This document shows positions 10,245 to 20,668 of a DNA stretch of 64,000 nucleotides, one piece after another. The DNA lies in contig OZ244937.1 of the NCBI GenBank assembly GCA_965222075.1, positions 3,424,001 to 3,488,000 of the forward strand, given 5' to 3'. Numbering within the stretch: position 1 is the first letter of the stretch; every line of letters begins with the position of its first letter. The notes beneath the pieces were generated by a model, which saw only the letters and a program-made list of their open reading frames with translations, made no database searches and was not told the DNA's origin. The translations under genes and the position numbers were made by a program. The DNA is from Candidatus Latescibacterota bacterium (GTDB taxonomy: Bacteria > Latescibacterota > UBA2968 > GCA-2709665).

Positions 10245-10325
10245 ATGGCTTTTCTGTTAGGCGAGAGACAAAATCCCAGGGCAGGTTCCGCAACCGCCGG
10301 CATATGCGCACAGGAGAGGAAAACC

Positions 10326-11405
10326 GTGAAGAGAGAAGAAAAACGCACAGGGAATGGCCGGGGCTGGGATAACCGCAGCCAGGCGAAACCGGCGGCGGAA
10401 TATGAATTTCGCTACGGCTCCGGGCTGTTGAAGAAAGAGAGCGCCGGGTGGCCGCGCACCTTAGTGGTAACCACACCCAGCGCGTACAGGACCGCCCGCC
10501 CATACCTGTCCCGGGAACCGGCCGGCGTAGCCTGCGTACGGTGGCTGGACTGGGATCACCTGCACGAAACCAGCAAACAGCTGCCCGACGATGCGGGGCT
10601 GGTCATAGGCCTCGGCGGTGGACGCGCCGTGGACGCAGCCAAATTCGTGGCGCTCGAAAAAGGCCTGCCTCTGATCACAGTTCCGACGATCGCATCCACC
10701 GGTGCGATTATCCACGGCGTGTGTGCAAAATGGAAGGGCAGGGAGCCTGTACAGGATACTGACTGGCCGTGGGTCGATTGCGAGTATGTCCTGGTGGATT
10801 ACGACCTGGTGCTGGAAGCGCCTTATTATCTGAATACGGCCGGGCTGGGCGATATCCTCTGTGGGTACGCCGGGCTGGCGGAGTGGCGGTGGAGGGCCAG
10901 GAACGGCCAGGGACCTGCCTGTGACGAGGCGGCCATGGCCACGGTTATCGAACACCACGAAGCGTTCACCCGGAGGTTTGAGGAAACGCTCGACGGTGAG
11001 GGCAACCTGACGGCCGACAGCGTACATCACATGATGACATGCTTGCAGGAGCGGGACGGCAGGGCGCTCCGGCACCCGGGCATGAGGAGCGGGGACCATC
11101 ATTTCTTGATCGCCCTGGAGTTTGTGAATAACAGGAGCTGGGTTCACGGTGAGCTTGTTGCCTTAGGCGCGCTCACTATCGCCTGGCTGTGCGATGCGCA
11201 GCCGGAAGACCTGATCGGAAGGCTGGAGAGGTGCAGGGTGCGGCGCCGGCCGACGGAGATGGAACTGGGCCGTGAGCAGCTGCGCAAAGGGCTGGCATTT
11301 GTGCCGGACTATATGGCGCAGCGGAACATCGACTCGATCCTGCGCCACGAGCCCGTTAAGGGCGCGCAGTTCGAGGCGCTCTGGGAATTTCTGGAAACCG
11401 GGTAA
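10326..11405 (+). CDS. Iron-containing ADH / glycerol-1-phosphate dehydrogenase-like protein
   Basis: GLGGGRAVDAAK, VPTIAS, AGLGD, HGELVALG; start uncertain. Confidence 0.8.
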   Translation: MKREEKRTGNGRGWDNRSQAKPAAEYEFRYGSGLLKKESAGWPRTLVVTTPSAYRTARPYLSREPAGVACVRWLDWDHLHETSKQLPDDAGLVIGLGGGRAVDAAKFVALEKGLPLITVPTIASTGAIIHGVCAKWKGREPVQDTDWPWVDCEYVLVDYDLVLEAPYYLNTAGLGDILCGYAGLAEWRWRARNGQGPACDEAAMATVIEHHEAFTRRFEETLDGEGNLTADSVHHMMTCLQERDGRALRHPGMRSGDHHFLIALEFVNNRSWVHGELVALGALTIAWLCDAQPEDLIGRLERCRVRRRPTEMELGREQLRKGLAFVPDYMAQRNIDSILRHEPVKGAQFEALWEFLETG

Positions 11406-11462
11406 CGCGTGGACACGGTCTGAAATTCCACCTCTCATTACGAACCGAAAGGAGTCAGCAGG

Positions 11463-14438
11463 ATGCCGAACAGAAAAAAGCGCAGCCGATTCGTTAGCGC
11501 CGGGATGCGGGCCAATGCGCTGGCGAATGCGGAGAAACACGAGTGGGTGCGGCAGCAGCAGGAACGCGCGGTCGCAGCGGCCGAGGCGTGGGTGAGCCGC
11601 ACGGATAATACGCTGTGGACAATGGTTACCGCGCAAGAGCTGCCCCGGACGACTTACACGAATGAAGGCGTGGTTTACAGGGGCCAGAAGCCTTACTGCC
11701 CCGGCTGCGGGGAGGCGGCGCCGGCGAAATCGGGGCGAGAATGGTGGGATTTTGACCAGGACAGGCCGTGGAAGGTTCAGTGCGAACACTGCGATGAGAT
11801 CTATCCCAAGAATGACTTCGAAGCATTCTACAAGACGGCTCTGGATGCGCACGGTATGTTCCAACGGAAGTTGGGCGACCGATCGCTGCTGTTTAATGCG
11901 GACCATCCCGATCCCACCGATCCGCTGCACAAGCTCTACGTTGACGACGGCTATGGGATGTTCGACGAGAAGGGAAACCGGCACGACATCATCGCATACT
12001 ACAATTTTGAAGCGGTGTGGCGGCGGGTCCAGTCGGGCGTAGCCGCGCTGGCCGAAGCGTATGCGCTCACCAGCGATAAGCGCTATGCCCACAAGGCAGG
12101 TGTGCTGCTGGACCGGATCGCCGATGTCTACCCCGAGATGGACTACCTGCCTTTGCACGAATTGGGCTTTCAGCACAGCCAGGGCGGCTCGGGGAGGGGA
12201 CGCATCGAGGGGTGCATCTGGGAGACGTTTGTGGCCCAGCGCCTGGCCCGGAGCTACGATGTGATCTTCGACGGGCTCCAGGGCGACGGTGAACTGGTGA
12301 CGTTCTGCTCGGATCAGGCAGAGCAATACGACCTGGGCGACAAGGGCAGTATTGCCGCGATCTGCGAGCATATTCGCGATCACCTGCTGCTGGAGGCGCT
12401 GGCGTCGGTGAAAGACGGCCGGATTAACGGCAACACGGGTATGAACCACACTTCGCTGGCTACCTCGGCGATCGCGTTGGACGATCCCGAGTTGACGCCG
12501 CAGTGGCTGGACTGGTTGTTCCACCCCGATTTTCCCGGCGACCACTCGAACCGGAAAGACCCGGTGCCGTGGGTGCTGACCGAGGGCCTCGACCGGGATG
12601 GCATGGGCAGCGAGTGCGGAGGTTACGGCCTCATCTGGACGCGCCACATGCAAGACCTGGTCGAAATTCTGGCCGTCTATCCCGAGTATGTGAAACACAA
12701 CCTGGTTGCCGATTACCCGAAGCTCAAACAGGCATTTCTTGTGGAGTCCCGGCTGAATGTGCTGGATGGGATGATGCCCAACACAGGCGACAGCGGCGCG
12801 GTCGGCGCCTGGGGAAGACAGGGCAGTGCTGCGACCTACCTCCTGGCGTATAAGCTGTACCGGGACCCGCGTTTTGCCACCCTGGCGTGGTTCGAGCACG
12901 AGGCCCACGGGTCGTCCCTGCGCCTCGACGACGACATCTACCAGGAGGATCCGGACGCGCTGATCCGTGAGGTGCGGGAGATCGCTCAGGACGAGCCGTC
13001 CAAACTGAAGAGCGAGCACTTTGGCCGGTACGGGCAGGCGTACCTCCAGACTGGAAATCCCGAGAATGGCCGCGCCGTGTTCATCCACTACGGGCAGGAC
13101 AAAGGGCACTCGCACCACGATTGTCTCAACCTGGGATTGCTGGCGAAAAATGTGGCCATGATTCCGGATCTGGGCTACCCGGAGTACACCGGAACCTGGC
13201 CGAAGCGGCATGCCTGGACGGCCAACACGATCAGTCACAATACACTGGGGGTGGGCGATACCGGATCGGGATACAGCCCGGGCGGACAGATTGAGTTTTT
13301 CGCGGTTGAAACGCCCCTGCGCGTGATGCAGGTGGATGCGCCCAACGCTTATGAAGGTATGCGGACCTACCGGCGCACGGTTGCGCTGGTGGACGTGGGC
13401 GAGGACGACAGCTACGTTTTCGATCTGTTCCGGGGGCGGGGTGGGAGCAACCACCGCCTTTCCTGGCACGGGGCGGCAGAAGCGGCACAGGTTGCGGGCC
13501 TTGAGCCGGTCAGACAGGAGAGCGGCACGTTCGCCGGTCCGGATGTGCCGTTCGCCAGGCTCGACGGCGAGGATGCCGACTTCTACAAACGGAGCGGTTT
13601 CACCTACCTCTATGACGTGGAGCGCTCCACCGGTCCTGTGGAGACGCCCTACACCGTCGACTGGAAGATCGAAGATATCCAGGACCGCATCCGGGAAGGC
13701 CACGAACCGCATCTGTGCCTGCACGCGCTAACGTCCTGCGATGAGGTCGCGCTGGCCACGGGGGATTCGCCGCGCAGGCTGCAGCGGCCCAGATATCTCA
13801 TCCAGAGCCGGCTGGGCGAGGATGTGCAGAGCCAGTTTGTCAACGTGCTTGAACCCTATGACACCAGGCCGTTCATCAATCAGGTTCGCCGACTGAGGGT
13901 GGAGCACAACGGGGATGCCGATGCGGCCGCCGCCGTGGCCGTGGAGTTGGCCGATGGTCGCATGGATATCCTGATCAGCTGCGAGGAGACGACAGAGGGT
14001 ACGGTCGAAGGCGGGATCACATTCAACGGTACCTTCTGCATGATTCGCCTGGTTGACGATGAGGTGAAGCTGATGCGGTTGATCGGTGGCACGTTGCTCG
14101 CCTGTGGGGATGCGAAGCTGACGGCAGACCGGGCCGCCTGGCGCGGGAAGGTATCGCGAATTGACGCTTCCGACGCCGGGAACAACCAGGTCTTCCTCGA
14201 TCCCCCGCTGCCGCAGGATGACGACCTCGCTGGCCGCACGATCCATTTCATCAACGGTTTGCCGATGGATACGAGTTACAAGATCAGGGCGGTCACGGCC
14301 GAGGGCATCTCCACGGGCGACATTACGATTGTGAGAGGGCTGAAGGAAGGCACCGACCTCGCCAGTGGACACACGTACCTGGTCAATCCTGGAGATGAAT
14401 ACGTCGTGCCAGTGATCGCCAGGAGCGGAGATGCGTGA
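11463..14438 (+). CDS. Heparinase II/III-like lyase with N-terminal zinc ribbon
   Basis: GHSHHDCLNL, DLGYP, TISHNT motifs; CPGC...CEHC. Confidence 0.8.
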   Translation: MPNRKKRSRFVSAGMRANALANAEKHEWVRQQQERAVAAAEAWVSRTDNTLWTMVTAQELPRTTYTNEGVVYRGQKPYCPGCGEAAPAKSGREWWDFDQDRPWKVQCEHCDEIYPKNDFEAFYKTALDAHGMFQRKLGDRSLLFNADHPDPTDPLHKLYVDDGYGMFDEKGNRHDIIAYYNFEAVWRRVQSGVAALAEAYALTSDKRYAHKAGVLLDRIADVYPEMDYLPLHELGFQHSQGGSGRGRIEGCIWETFVAQRLARSYDVIFDGLQGDGELVTFCSDQAEQYDLGDKGSIAAICEHIRDHLLLEALASVKDGRINGNTGMNHTSLATSAIALDDPELTPQWLDWLFHPDFPGDHSNRKDPVPWVLTEGLDRDGMGSECGGYGLIWTRHMQDLVEILAVYPEYVKHNLVADYPKLKQAFLVESRLNVLDGMMPNTGDSGAVGAWGRQGSAATYLLAYKLYRDPRFATLAWFEHEAHGSSLRLDDDIYQEDPDALIREVREIAQDEPSKLKSEHFGRYGQAYLQTGNPENGRAVFIHYGQDKGHSHHDCLNLGLLAKNVAMIPDLGYPEYTGTWPKRHAWTANTISHNTLGVGDTGSGYSPGGQIEFFAVETPLRVMQVDAPNAYEGMRTYRRTVALVDVGEDDSYVFDLFRGRGGSNHRLSWHGAAEAAQVAGLEPVRQESGTFAGPDVPFARLDGEDADFYKRSGFTYLYDVERSTGPVETPYTVDWKIEDIQDRIREGHEPHLCLHALTSCDEVALATGDSPRRLQRPRYLIQSRLGEDVQSQFVNVLEPYDTRPFINQVRRLRVEHNGDADAAAAVAVELADGRMDILISCEETTEGTVEGGITFNGTFCMIRLVDDEVKLMRLIGGTLLACGDAKLTADRAAWRGKVSRIDASDAGNNQVFLDPPLPQDDDLAGRTIHFINGLPMDTSYKIRAVTAEGISTGDITIVRGLKEGTDLASGHTYLVNPGDEYVVPVIARSGDA

Positions 14439-14540
14439 GACAATCGAGCCGAAAGGGTGGAGGGATGCCGATCTGAAAGACGCTCAGACCGTGTTGAAAG
14501 ATGGGATCATCTTGCCGGATTACGATTGGAGGTCTGGAGC

Positions 14541-16007
14541 ATGGTAGCTTTTGACAAGCACCGCAAGCGACGCATGATCTGCAACGATGACGGGGATCAG
14601 CAGAGGTCCGCCAGCGACCGCGCCTTCGGGTACAACGTCCACGACGAGCAGTCATTCCTCGACGCGCGTACGACGGTTACGTTCGATTCGCACGTGGACA
14701 CGTACGTGTGGTGCGTGGGAAACGGCGCGGACCCGCCTTATGGTGACGCTTCACTCGTTCCAGGTGTGAAGTCGGCTTCCCACGCCAACGACATGGTCGT
14801 GGAAAAGTGCCACGCCTGCGGAATGGAGGTATGGGCGTCACTGCGCATGAACGACATCCACGACTCGCGGGCCAAAGGTCTGGAGCACGTCCACGATGAC
14901 CTGAAGCGGCAGCACCCGGAACTGCTCGTTGCGCCGGAGGAGAACCGCCACCTGCCGGTCGAACTGGCCGAGCGCAGCCAGTGGACGGTCTTCAACTACG
15001 CCCGGCCCGAAGTGCGGCAGCACCGGCTCAACTTTATCCGGCACAACGCCTCCGCCCACGATTTCGACGGCTACGAACTGGACTTCACCCGCCACGGGTT
15101 CTACTTTCCACTGGGCCAGGAGCGCGAGTTGGCCCCGAAGATGACCGACCTGATCCGGCAGGTGCGGGCACTCCTGAACGACATAGGCGAAAAGCGAGGA
15201 CGGCCCTTCACCTTTGTTGTGCACGTCAACGACTCGGTCGAATCCTCGCTCGGCCAGGGTCACGACGTCGTAACGTGGTTGAAGGAGGGCCTGATTGACG
15301 TGTTGATCGTCGGGGCAGGGTATCTCCCTTATGGGGTGCCCTGCCATGAATGGGTGTCACTGGGCAAACACTACGGCGTGCCGATCTATCCGTCCGTGAA
15401 CACCAATACGTATCTCCCCTTGTGCCGAGACCTGCTCAAGCGGCCGCTGGCTTTCCCGGAAGCGGTCCGCGCCCATGCCGCGCACTACTGGCACCAGGGG
15501 TTTGAGGGCCAGTACCTGTTCAACCTCTTCTGCATGGATGAGAAGGAACGGGCGGGGTCTCCGGAGATCGCCTACCAGGTGCTCAACCAGATCGGCGACC
15601 CGGCGGCGCTGGTGGGCACCAGCAAGATCTACTGCATCCAGGGCGCGCAGGACTCAGGCGGCAATGCCCGGTTCGGCTCCGGCCCGACCCCCCTGCCCAT
15701 CGCCCTGGTTGGACAGGAGCACAAGCTGCCGCTCCAGCTCGGCCCCGACGGCGGCGATCCGAATGCAAAGATCACGATCACCGCCCTGGCCAACGGCGAC
15801 GCAACGGACCGCCGTGTGTGGCTTCGGTTGAACCATCGCCTGCTGCCCGCACCGACGCGCACCGACCTGGGCTTCGTCGTCCAGGCACCGGCGGGATTTG
15901 CCCGACCCGGTCAGAATGAACTGTCCATCTGGGCCAGCGACAACACCGCGTTGTCGGATCGACCCATTGTCGTTTATCAGGTTGTTGCGCATGTGGAATA
16001 CGAGTGA
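14541..16007 (+). CDS. Glycoside hydrolase-like (GHL10-type) TIM-barrel protein
   Basis: SLRMNDIH, FNYARPEVR, DGYELDFTR. Confidence 0.65.
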   Translation: MVAFDKHRKRRMICNDDGDQQRSASDRAFGYNVHDEQSFLDARTTVTFDSHVDTYVWCVGNGADPPYGDASLVPGVKSASHANDMVVEKCHACGMEVWASLRMNDIHDSRAKGLEHVHDDLKRQHPELLVAPEENRHLPVELAERSQWTVFNYARPEVRQHRLNFIRHNASAHDFDGYELDFTRHGFYFPLGQERELAPKMTDLIRQVRALLNDIGEKRGRPFTFVVHVNDSVESSLGQGHDVVTWLKEGLIDVLIVGAGYLPYGVPCHEWVSLGKHYGVPIYPSVNTNTYLPLCRDLLKRPLAFPEAVRAHAAHYWHQGFEGQYLFNLFCMDEKERAGSPEIAYQVLNQIGDPAALVGTSKIYCIQGAQDSGGNARFGSGPTPLPIALVGQEHKLPLQLGPDGGDPNAKITITALANGDATDRRVWLRLNHRLLPAPTRTDLGFVVQAPAGFARPGQNELSIWASDNTALSDRPIVVYQVVAHVEYE

Positions 16008-16074
16008 TGAATAGGCCTGCTTTTCAACTGGAAGTGGTCGATGATCGATTTCTGCAGGAAAGGAGGTCGAGACG

Positions 16075-17655
16075 ATGATATCAGCTACTGAAAGCCCGCG
16101 GGGCGCCCGACGGGTGATTCACACCAGCGACCTGGGCTCACATTTTGGCGAGGGAACCTGGCTCTTTGGCGACCCGACAACCGCCGAAGAGCTGCGGAAT
16201 TGGATTTGCAATGTGGCCGCAGGCGGCGCAGACACCTACGTGCCGGAGGTCTATTTTGATGGCCTGAACGCCTACTATCGCAGCGACCGATGTCCGAACT
16301 GGGATTCGCCGAGGTACAGGCGCTTCGACGCCATCATGGATTCCGGAACCATGCCACTTGAAATTTTCGTCGAGGAAGCGCACCGACAGGGAATGGAATT
16401 ACTGGCCGGTTTTCGGATAAACGACCGTCACCGCGTCCACAAGTCCTTTTTTGAGGAGCATCCGGACTGGATGTTGAAGGACCTCGGACACGGCGTGGAC
16501 TACTCGCTGCCGGAGGTGCGGGACTGGATGTTTTCTATTGTAGAGGAAGTGCCCGACCGGTTTGACGTGGACGGAATCGAGTTCAACTTCATTCGTCACG
16601 GCTATTGTTTTCCGCCGGCAACGGCCGCAGATCAGCATCCGATTATGACGGACTTTATGCGGCGCGTCCGTAAGATGCTCAATGATATCGGCAAGAGAAG
16701 GGGACGTCATCTCCTGCTGGGCGTGCGGGTGCCCACCACGCTGGAGGAATGCCGCCACTTTGGGTTCGATCTGCCCACGTGGGTTGCGGAAAAGTTGATC
16801 GATTATGTGGCTCCGACCGACTATCACTACACGAATTTCAACATGGAGGTTGAGGCGTTCTCCGAGCTGACCCGGTCCTCGGATTCCTGTTTCCTCTATC
16901 CGGCCATCCAGGCCGATGTGCCCGGGAACTGTGCGATCATGTCGCTGGACAACTACCGGGCCGCAGTGCAAAATTTCTATGGCGCGGGCGCCGACGGTAC
17001 CTCCACGCACAACTACGACGTCTATATGTGGGGGCAATTGCGGAGCAAGAGCTACCCCGGCCCGGCGGACATGTACCCGAAAGCTCTGGATTATTTCAAA
17101 ACCCTGAAGCATCCCGATGCAGTGGTCGCCGGGGACCGGCATTATCTGTTTCTCCCCCTCTGGCCCCACGAACTCCACCCTGCCGGGTATCGCGGGATTA
17201 CAATTCCGCACCCCAGAGCGGTGCTGAAGCGCAGTGAGCCAGACCACCGCGCCGAATACCGGTTCCGCATTTGCGAGGATCTGCCCGAGCGTGTCGATCT
17301 GCCGAGGGATAACCGCGGCGTGTACGCAGGGCAATTCAACAGCACAGGTAAGGCTCCGGGCGTCTGGCTCATCTTCAGAGCGATCGGGTTGGGACCGGGC
17401 GATGAGATTGCGGTGGACATAAACGGACAGGAGGTTCCAGCCGACCGTGTCCGACAGATCTGGTACCGGGAGGGCCGGCCTGCATGGGAGGGAAGGCCGC
17501 TGCCGCCGTATACCGAATGCCGGTTGAACTTGACTGCGCCCCCAGGGGTCTACGGCGATAACAACCTGGGTTTCAAGCTCCTTGGAAGTGACGAGGGGGC
17601 CGAAGGGGATGTTGTTGTTGACGAACTTGAGGTTATTGTGCACGTGAAAGACTGA
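16075..17655 (+). CDS. Glycoside hydrolase-like (GHL10-type) TIM-barrel protein
   Basis: GFRINDRH, DYSLPEVR, DGIEFNFIR; paralog of the upstream gene. Confidence 0.65.
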   Translation: MISATESPRGARRVIHTSDLGSHFGEGTWLFGDPTTAEELRNWICNVAAGGADTYVPEVYFDGLNAYYRSDRCPNWDSPRYRRFDAIMDSGTMPLEIFVEEAHRQGMELLAGFRINDRHRVHKSFFEEHPDWMLKDLGHGVDYSLPEVRDWMFSIVEEVPDRFDVDGIEFNFIRHGYCFPPATAADQHPIMTDFMRRVRKMLNDIGKRRGRHLLLGVRVPTTLEECRHFGFDLPTWVAEKLIDYVAPTDYHYTNFNMEVEAFSELTRSSDSCFLYPAIQADVPGNCAIMSLDNYRAAVQNFYGAGADGTSTHNYDVYMWGQLRSKSYPGPADMYPKALDYFKTLKHPDAVVAGDRHYLFLPLWPHELHPAGYRGITIPHPRAVLKRSEPDHRAEYRFRICEDLPERVDLPRDNRGVYAGQFNSTGKAPGVWLIFRAIGLGPGDEIAVDINGQEVPADRVRQIWYREGRPAWEGRPLPPYTECRLNLTAPPGVYGDNNLGFKLLGSDEGAEGDVVVDELEVIVHVKD

Positions 17656-17712
17656 CGTCGGATGGGTTCTGACCGTGAGCGGAAGCGCCTGTTCAACCCG
17701 GGAGAATACCCA

Positions 17713-18924
17713 ATGAGCAAGCCGGATATCTACCAGCGCACGATGATTGACGTGCTGACGCCCCAGTTGAAGAAACGCGTCAAGGACCACTTTACCATGC
17801 ACCAGTTCGCCATCTGCGGCTGCACGCGCGAGGATGGGTTCGCCGGGCAGGGGGTCGTGCCGCTGTATGAAATGGAACGGCACTACGTTTTCAAGACTTC
17901 CACCGATCTGGGGACCTACAACCATCACCCGAACCTCGTCAAGTGGAAGGGCGAGTATTGGTTTGCCTGGGACAACTGCATGGTCAACGAGGAATGGCCG
18001 GGACAGCGGACGTTCATTTCGCATTCGACCGATGGTGTGGCGTGGTCCGAGCGCATCCTCGTGGCCGACGGGGATGAGAAGAGAGGGATGCTGCGCAATC
18101 TCGGCGGGGTCTACGCGCGCGGCAACACGCTCTACGCGTTCATCCAGGAGAAGTGGGACCTGGCCCATGCTACGGATCCCGAGATGAGCGTTCACGACAA
18201 CACGAAGGTGTCGGTCCGCAACGATCTCTGGGCAAGCAGGGACGGCAAGAATTGGGAACTGCTGAAACAGAACTACGTGGATGTGCGCTGGATGTTCGAG
18301 AACCCGAGGCTGACCAACGGTGGACGTCTGATGGGGCCGATCACGGACCACGACGGAGCGCCCGGTGTCGCGCTGTGGCCCGGTGACGATCCCGAAGAGA
18401 CGCCGGAGGTGATCCACCAGCCCTGGCACGGCAACAGGGACGACTACTTCGCCGGCCACGACGAAGGCCGGTTTATCTACGGCGAGGCGACCTGGTACAC
18501 CGATGACGAGAATCGCATCTGGATGTACTGGCGCGACGAGAGCGGGTCCACGTACCTCGGTCTGACGCTCTCCGAGGACGGGGGCGGGACGTGGACCGAG
18601 GTGATGCGCACGAACTTCCCCGATTCAAAATCGCGCACCTTTGCGGGACGCCTCTACGACGGGCGCTTTTTCCAGGTCGGTAACTCGACCCGTGTCTACA
18701 TGGACCGCAATTTCTTCGCGCTGAGCCTCTCCGACGACGGCGCCAGGTTCAGCAAGATGTACCAGCTCATCAAAGAACCCGCCTACCAGCGTTTCCAGGG
18801 GCATCTGAAGGCCCACGGCTACCAGTATCCAAGCTGCGTGGTAGATGGCCACAGGCTTTTGATCGGTTACTCGGTCAACAAGGAGGACATCGCGGTCGGG
18901 ATCGTGGATACAACAGAGATTTGA
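17713..18924 (+). CDS. Exo-alpha-sialidase / BNR-repeat protein
   Basis: Asp-boxes STDGVAW, SRDGKNW, SEDGGGTW; YQYP. Confidence 0.75.
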   Translation: MSKPDIYQRTMIDVLTPQLKKRVKDHFTMHQFAICGCTREDGFAGQGVVPLYEMERHYVFKTSTDLGTYNHHPNLVKWKGEYWFAWDNCMVNEEWPGQRTFISHSTDGVAWSERILVADGDEKRGMLRNLGGVYARGNTLYAFIQEKWDLAHATDPEMSVHDNTKVSVRNDLWASRDGKNWELLKQNYVDVRWMFENPRLTNGGRLMGPITDHDGAPGVALWPGDDPEETPEVIHQPWHGNRDDYFAGHDEGRFIYGEATWYTDDENRIWMYWRDESGSTYLGLTLSEDGGGTWTEVMRTNFPDSKSRTFAGRLYDGRFFQVGNSTRVYMDRNFFALSLSDDGARFSKMYQLIKEPAYQRFQGHLKAHGYQYPSCVVDGHRLLIGYSVNKEDIAVGIVDTTEI

Positions 18925-19005
18925 AGCATGGTCCAATTCACAGGTACAGGGGCCTGTCTGCGAAGGACGAACAGGAGGAGGCAATGAATCGAAAGGAGAG
19001 GACCG

Positions 19006-20355
19006 ATGGCCCGGTTGCAATTCGGCATGGCCGTTCGTGACATTACACCCCGCTACCCGGTCTGGGCGCACGGGTACTCCGCACGTACGCGCAAGTCCTC
19101 CGGCGTGCGGGAACCGCTGTCTGTGGGATGTCTGGCCGTTACCAACGGCCAGACCCGGGTGCTGATTTTTGCGCTGGACATGATCGGCGTTCGGGCCGAT
19201 GTGTGCGACGAGCTGTATGCGCTGCTGGAGAAGGAGACGGGTGTGGGCTACCCCAATATCCTGATCTCGGGGTCGCACACGCACTTTGCCCCGGCGCTGC
19301 ACGGGACGGCCTTCGCCGATCCGGCGATTGCCTTTGTGGATCGCGACGAGAAGTATGTGAATGGGGTAAAGACCCGGCTCGTGGAGGCGGCCGGGGAGGC
19401 TCTGGCCGACGCGCGCGCCATGCGCCTTGAGACGGCCCGGATTCAGGTGCCTCAGGTGGTGTACAACCGGCGAACGGTGCGAAGGTCGGACGGCATGGTG
19501 CAGATGAACCTGATGTACCCGGAAAACCCCTCTCCGTACACGTTCAGCCCGGTGGATTCCGAACTGACGGTTCATCGTCTGGTGGACGAGAGGGGGGTGC
19601 ACGGCGTGCTGATGAACTTCGGCTGTCATCCGGTCACAGGGTGCTGGCCCGACGAGGACAACTACAAATTCTCAGCCGACTATCCGTACCACGCACGGCA
19701 AACCATTTCCGAAAAATGGCATTGCCCGGTGCTGTTCACACTGGGCGCCGCCGGAGACGCCGTGCCGATCAATCGCCGCGACGACTGCAGGGAACGCATC
19801 GGCAGTGTGCTGGGAAACGCGGCGGTGCTGGCAGAGCGCACGTTTCAGGCCGATCCCTCCACCGACCTGAATGCCGATACGGTAGAAGTGGAGGCCGAGA
19901 CGATTCTGAAGACGCACCCGTCCAGGGCCGAGGCCGAGTACGAAGCGGCGAGGCAGGCGGTTCTTGCGGTAGAAGACAGGAAGGGTGAACAATTTCGCGA
20001 ACGCAATGAGGCGTTCACGCAGAAGTTGCGGGATTGCGGACGGGCCCGCCTCTATCCCGAAAACAGGTGGCGAATCAGGGTTCAGTTCGTCCGGATCGGG
20101 AAGACGACGCTGGTGGGTCTGCCGTTCGAGGTGCTGGCCGAGATCGGCCTCAGGATGAAGGAACGCTTTCCGGACAGCGTTCTGGTGTCCTGCTGCGGAG
20201 GCTACCAGGCCTACCTGCCCCTTGCCTACGAATACGACCGCGTGGGCTATGAAGCCACGGCGTCTTCAACGCATTTCGTACCGGGCACGGGCGACCGGGT
20301 ACTTGAGGCCATTCTGGAGCGGCTTGAAAAGAAGACCATCCCGGGGAGCTTATGA
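19006..20355 (+). CDS. Neutral/alkaline ceramidase-like hydrolase
   Basis: SHTHFAP, NFGCHP, SADYP and GAAGD motifs. Confidence 0.75.
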   Translation: MARLQFGMAVRDITPRYPVWAHGYSARTRKSSGVREPLSVGCLAVTNGQTRVLIFALDMIGVRADVCDELYALLEKETGVGYPNILISGSHTHFAPALHGTAFADPAIAFVDRDEKYVNGVKTRLVEAAGEALADARAMRLETARIQVPQVVYNRRTVRRSDGMVQMNLMYPENPSPYTFSPVDSELTVHRLVDERGVHGVLMNFGCHPVTGCWPDEDNYKFSADYPYHARQTISEKWHCPVLFTLGAAGDAVPINRRDDCRERIGSVLGNAAVLAERTFQADPSTDLNADTVEVEAETILKTHPSRAEAEYEAARQAVLAVEDRKGEQFRERNEAFTQKLRDCGRARLYPENRWRIRVQFVRIGKTTLVGLPFEVLAEIGLRMKERFPDSVLVSCCGGYQAYLPLAYEYDRVGYEATASSTHFVPGTGDRVLEAILERLEKKTIPGSL

Positions 20356-20441
20356 GAAGCTGTTTTAAAATTCCCGGTGAGTTCCCCAGCGCGAGCGAAA
20401 AAGTATCGGTCTCGCCTCCTCCACCTTCGTTGCGGAGTGGT

Positions 20442-20584
20442 GGGGCTTTTCTGCGCGGTTCCGTTCACCGCCTTCGCCCAGAAACGCCCCAAAGGTCCGC
20501 AGGGCAGACCTGCCTGTGCCGTGCCCGGCACGGCAGACAGGAGCTTCCGTTTCCACCCCAGGGGCAATTTGCGGAAAAGCAGCC
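20442..20584. repeat. Dispersed palindromic repeat, copy 2, carrying a 33 bp insertion
   Basis: Aligns with 7353-7465 apart from the insert at 20509-20541. Confidence 0.75.
20509..20541 (+). repeat. CCTG..CAGG mini-palindrome (33 bp)
   Basis: cctgcctgtgccgtgcccggcacggcagacagg; absent from repeat copy 1. Confidence 0.85.
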
Positions 20585-20668
20585 GCTTAAACCCAAGAAA
20601 CACAACAAGTTCTGTTACAATCTGAAAGCCTATTTTCCAAGTAGCAGCTTCATAAAAAGGGGGATCCG

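Noticed and set aside
10914-10924. Mini-palindrome copy in the ADH-like gene (cctgcctgtg)
   Set aside because: No right arm; likely a chance match.
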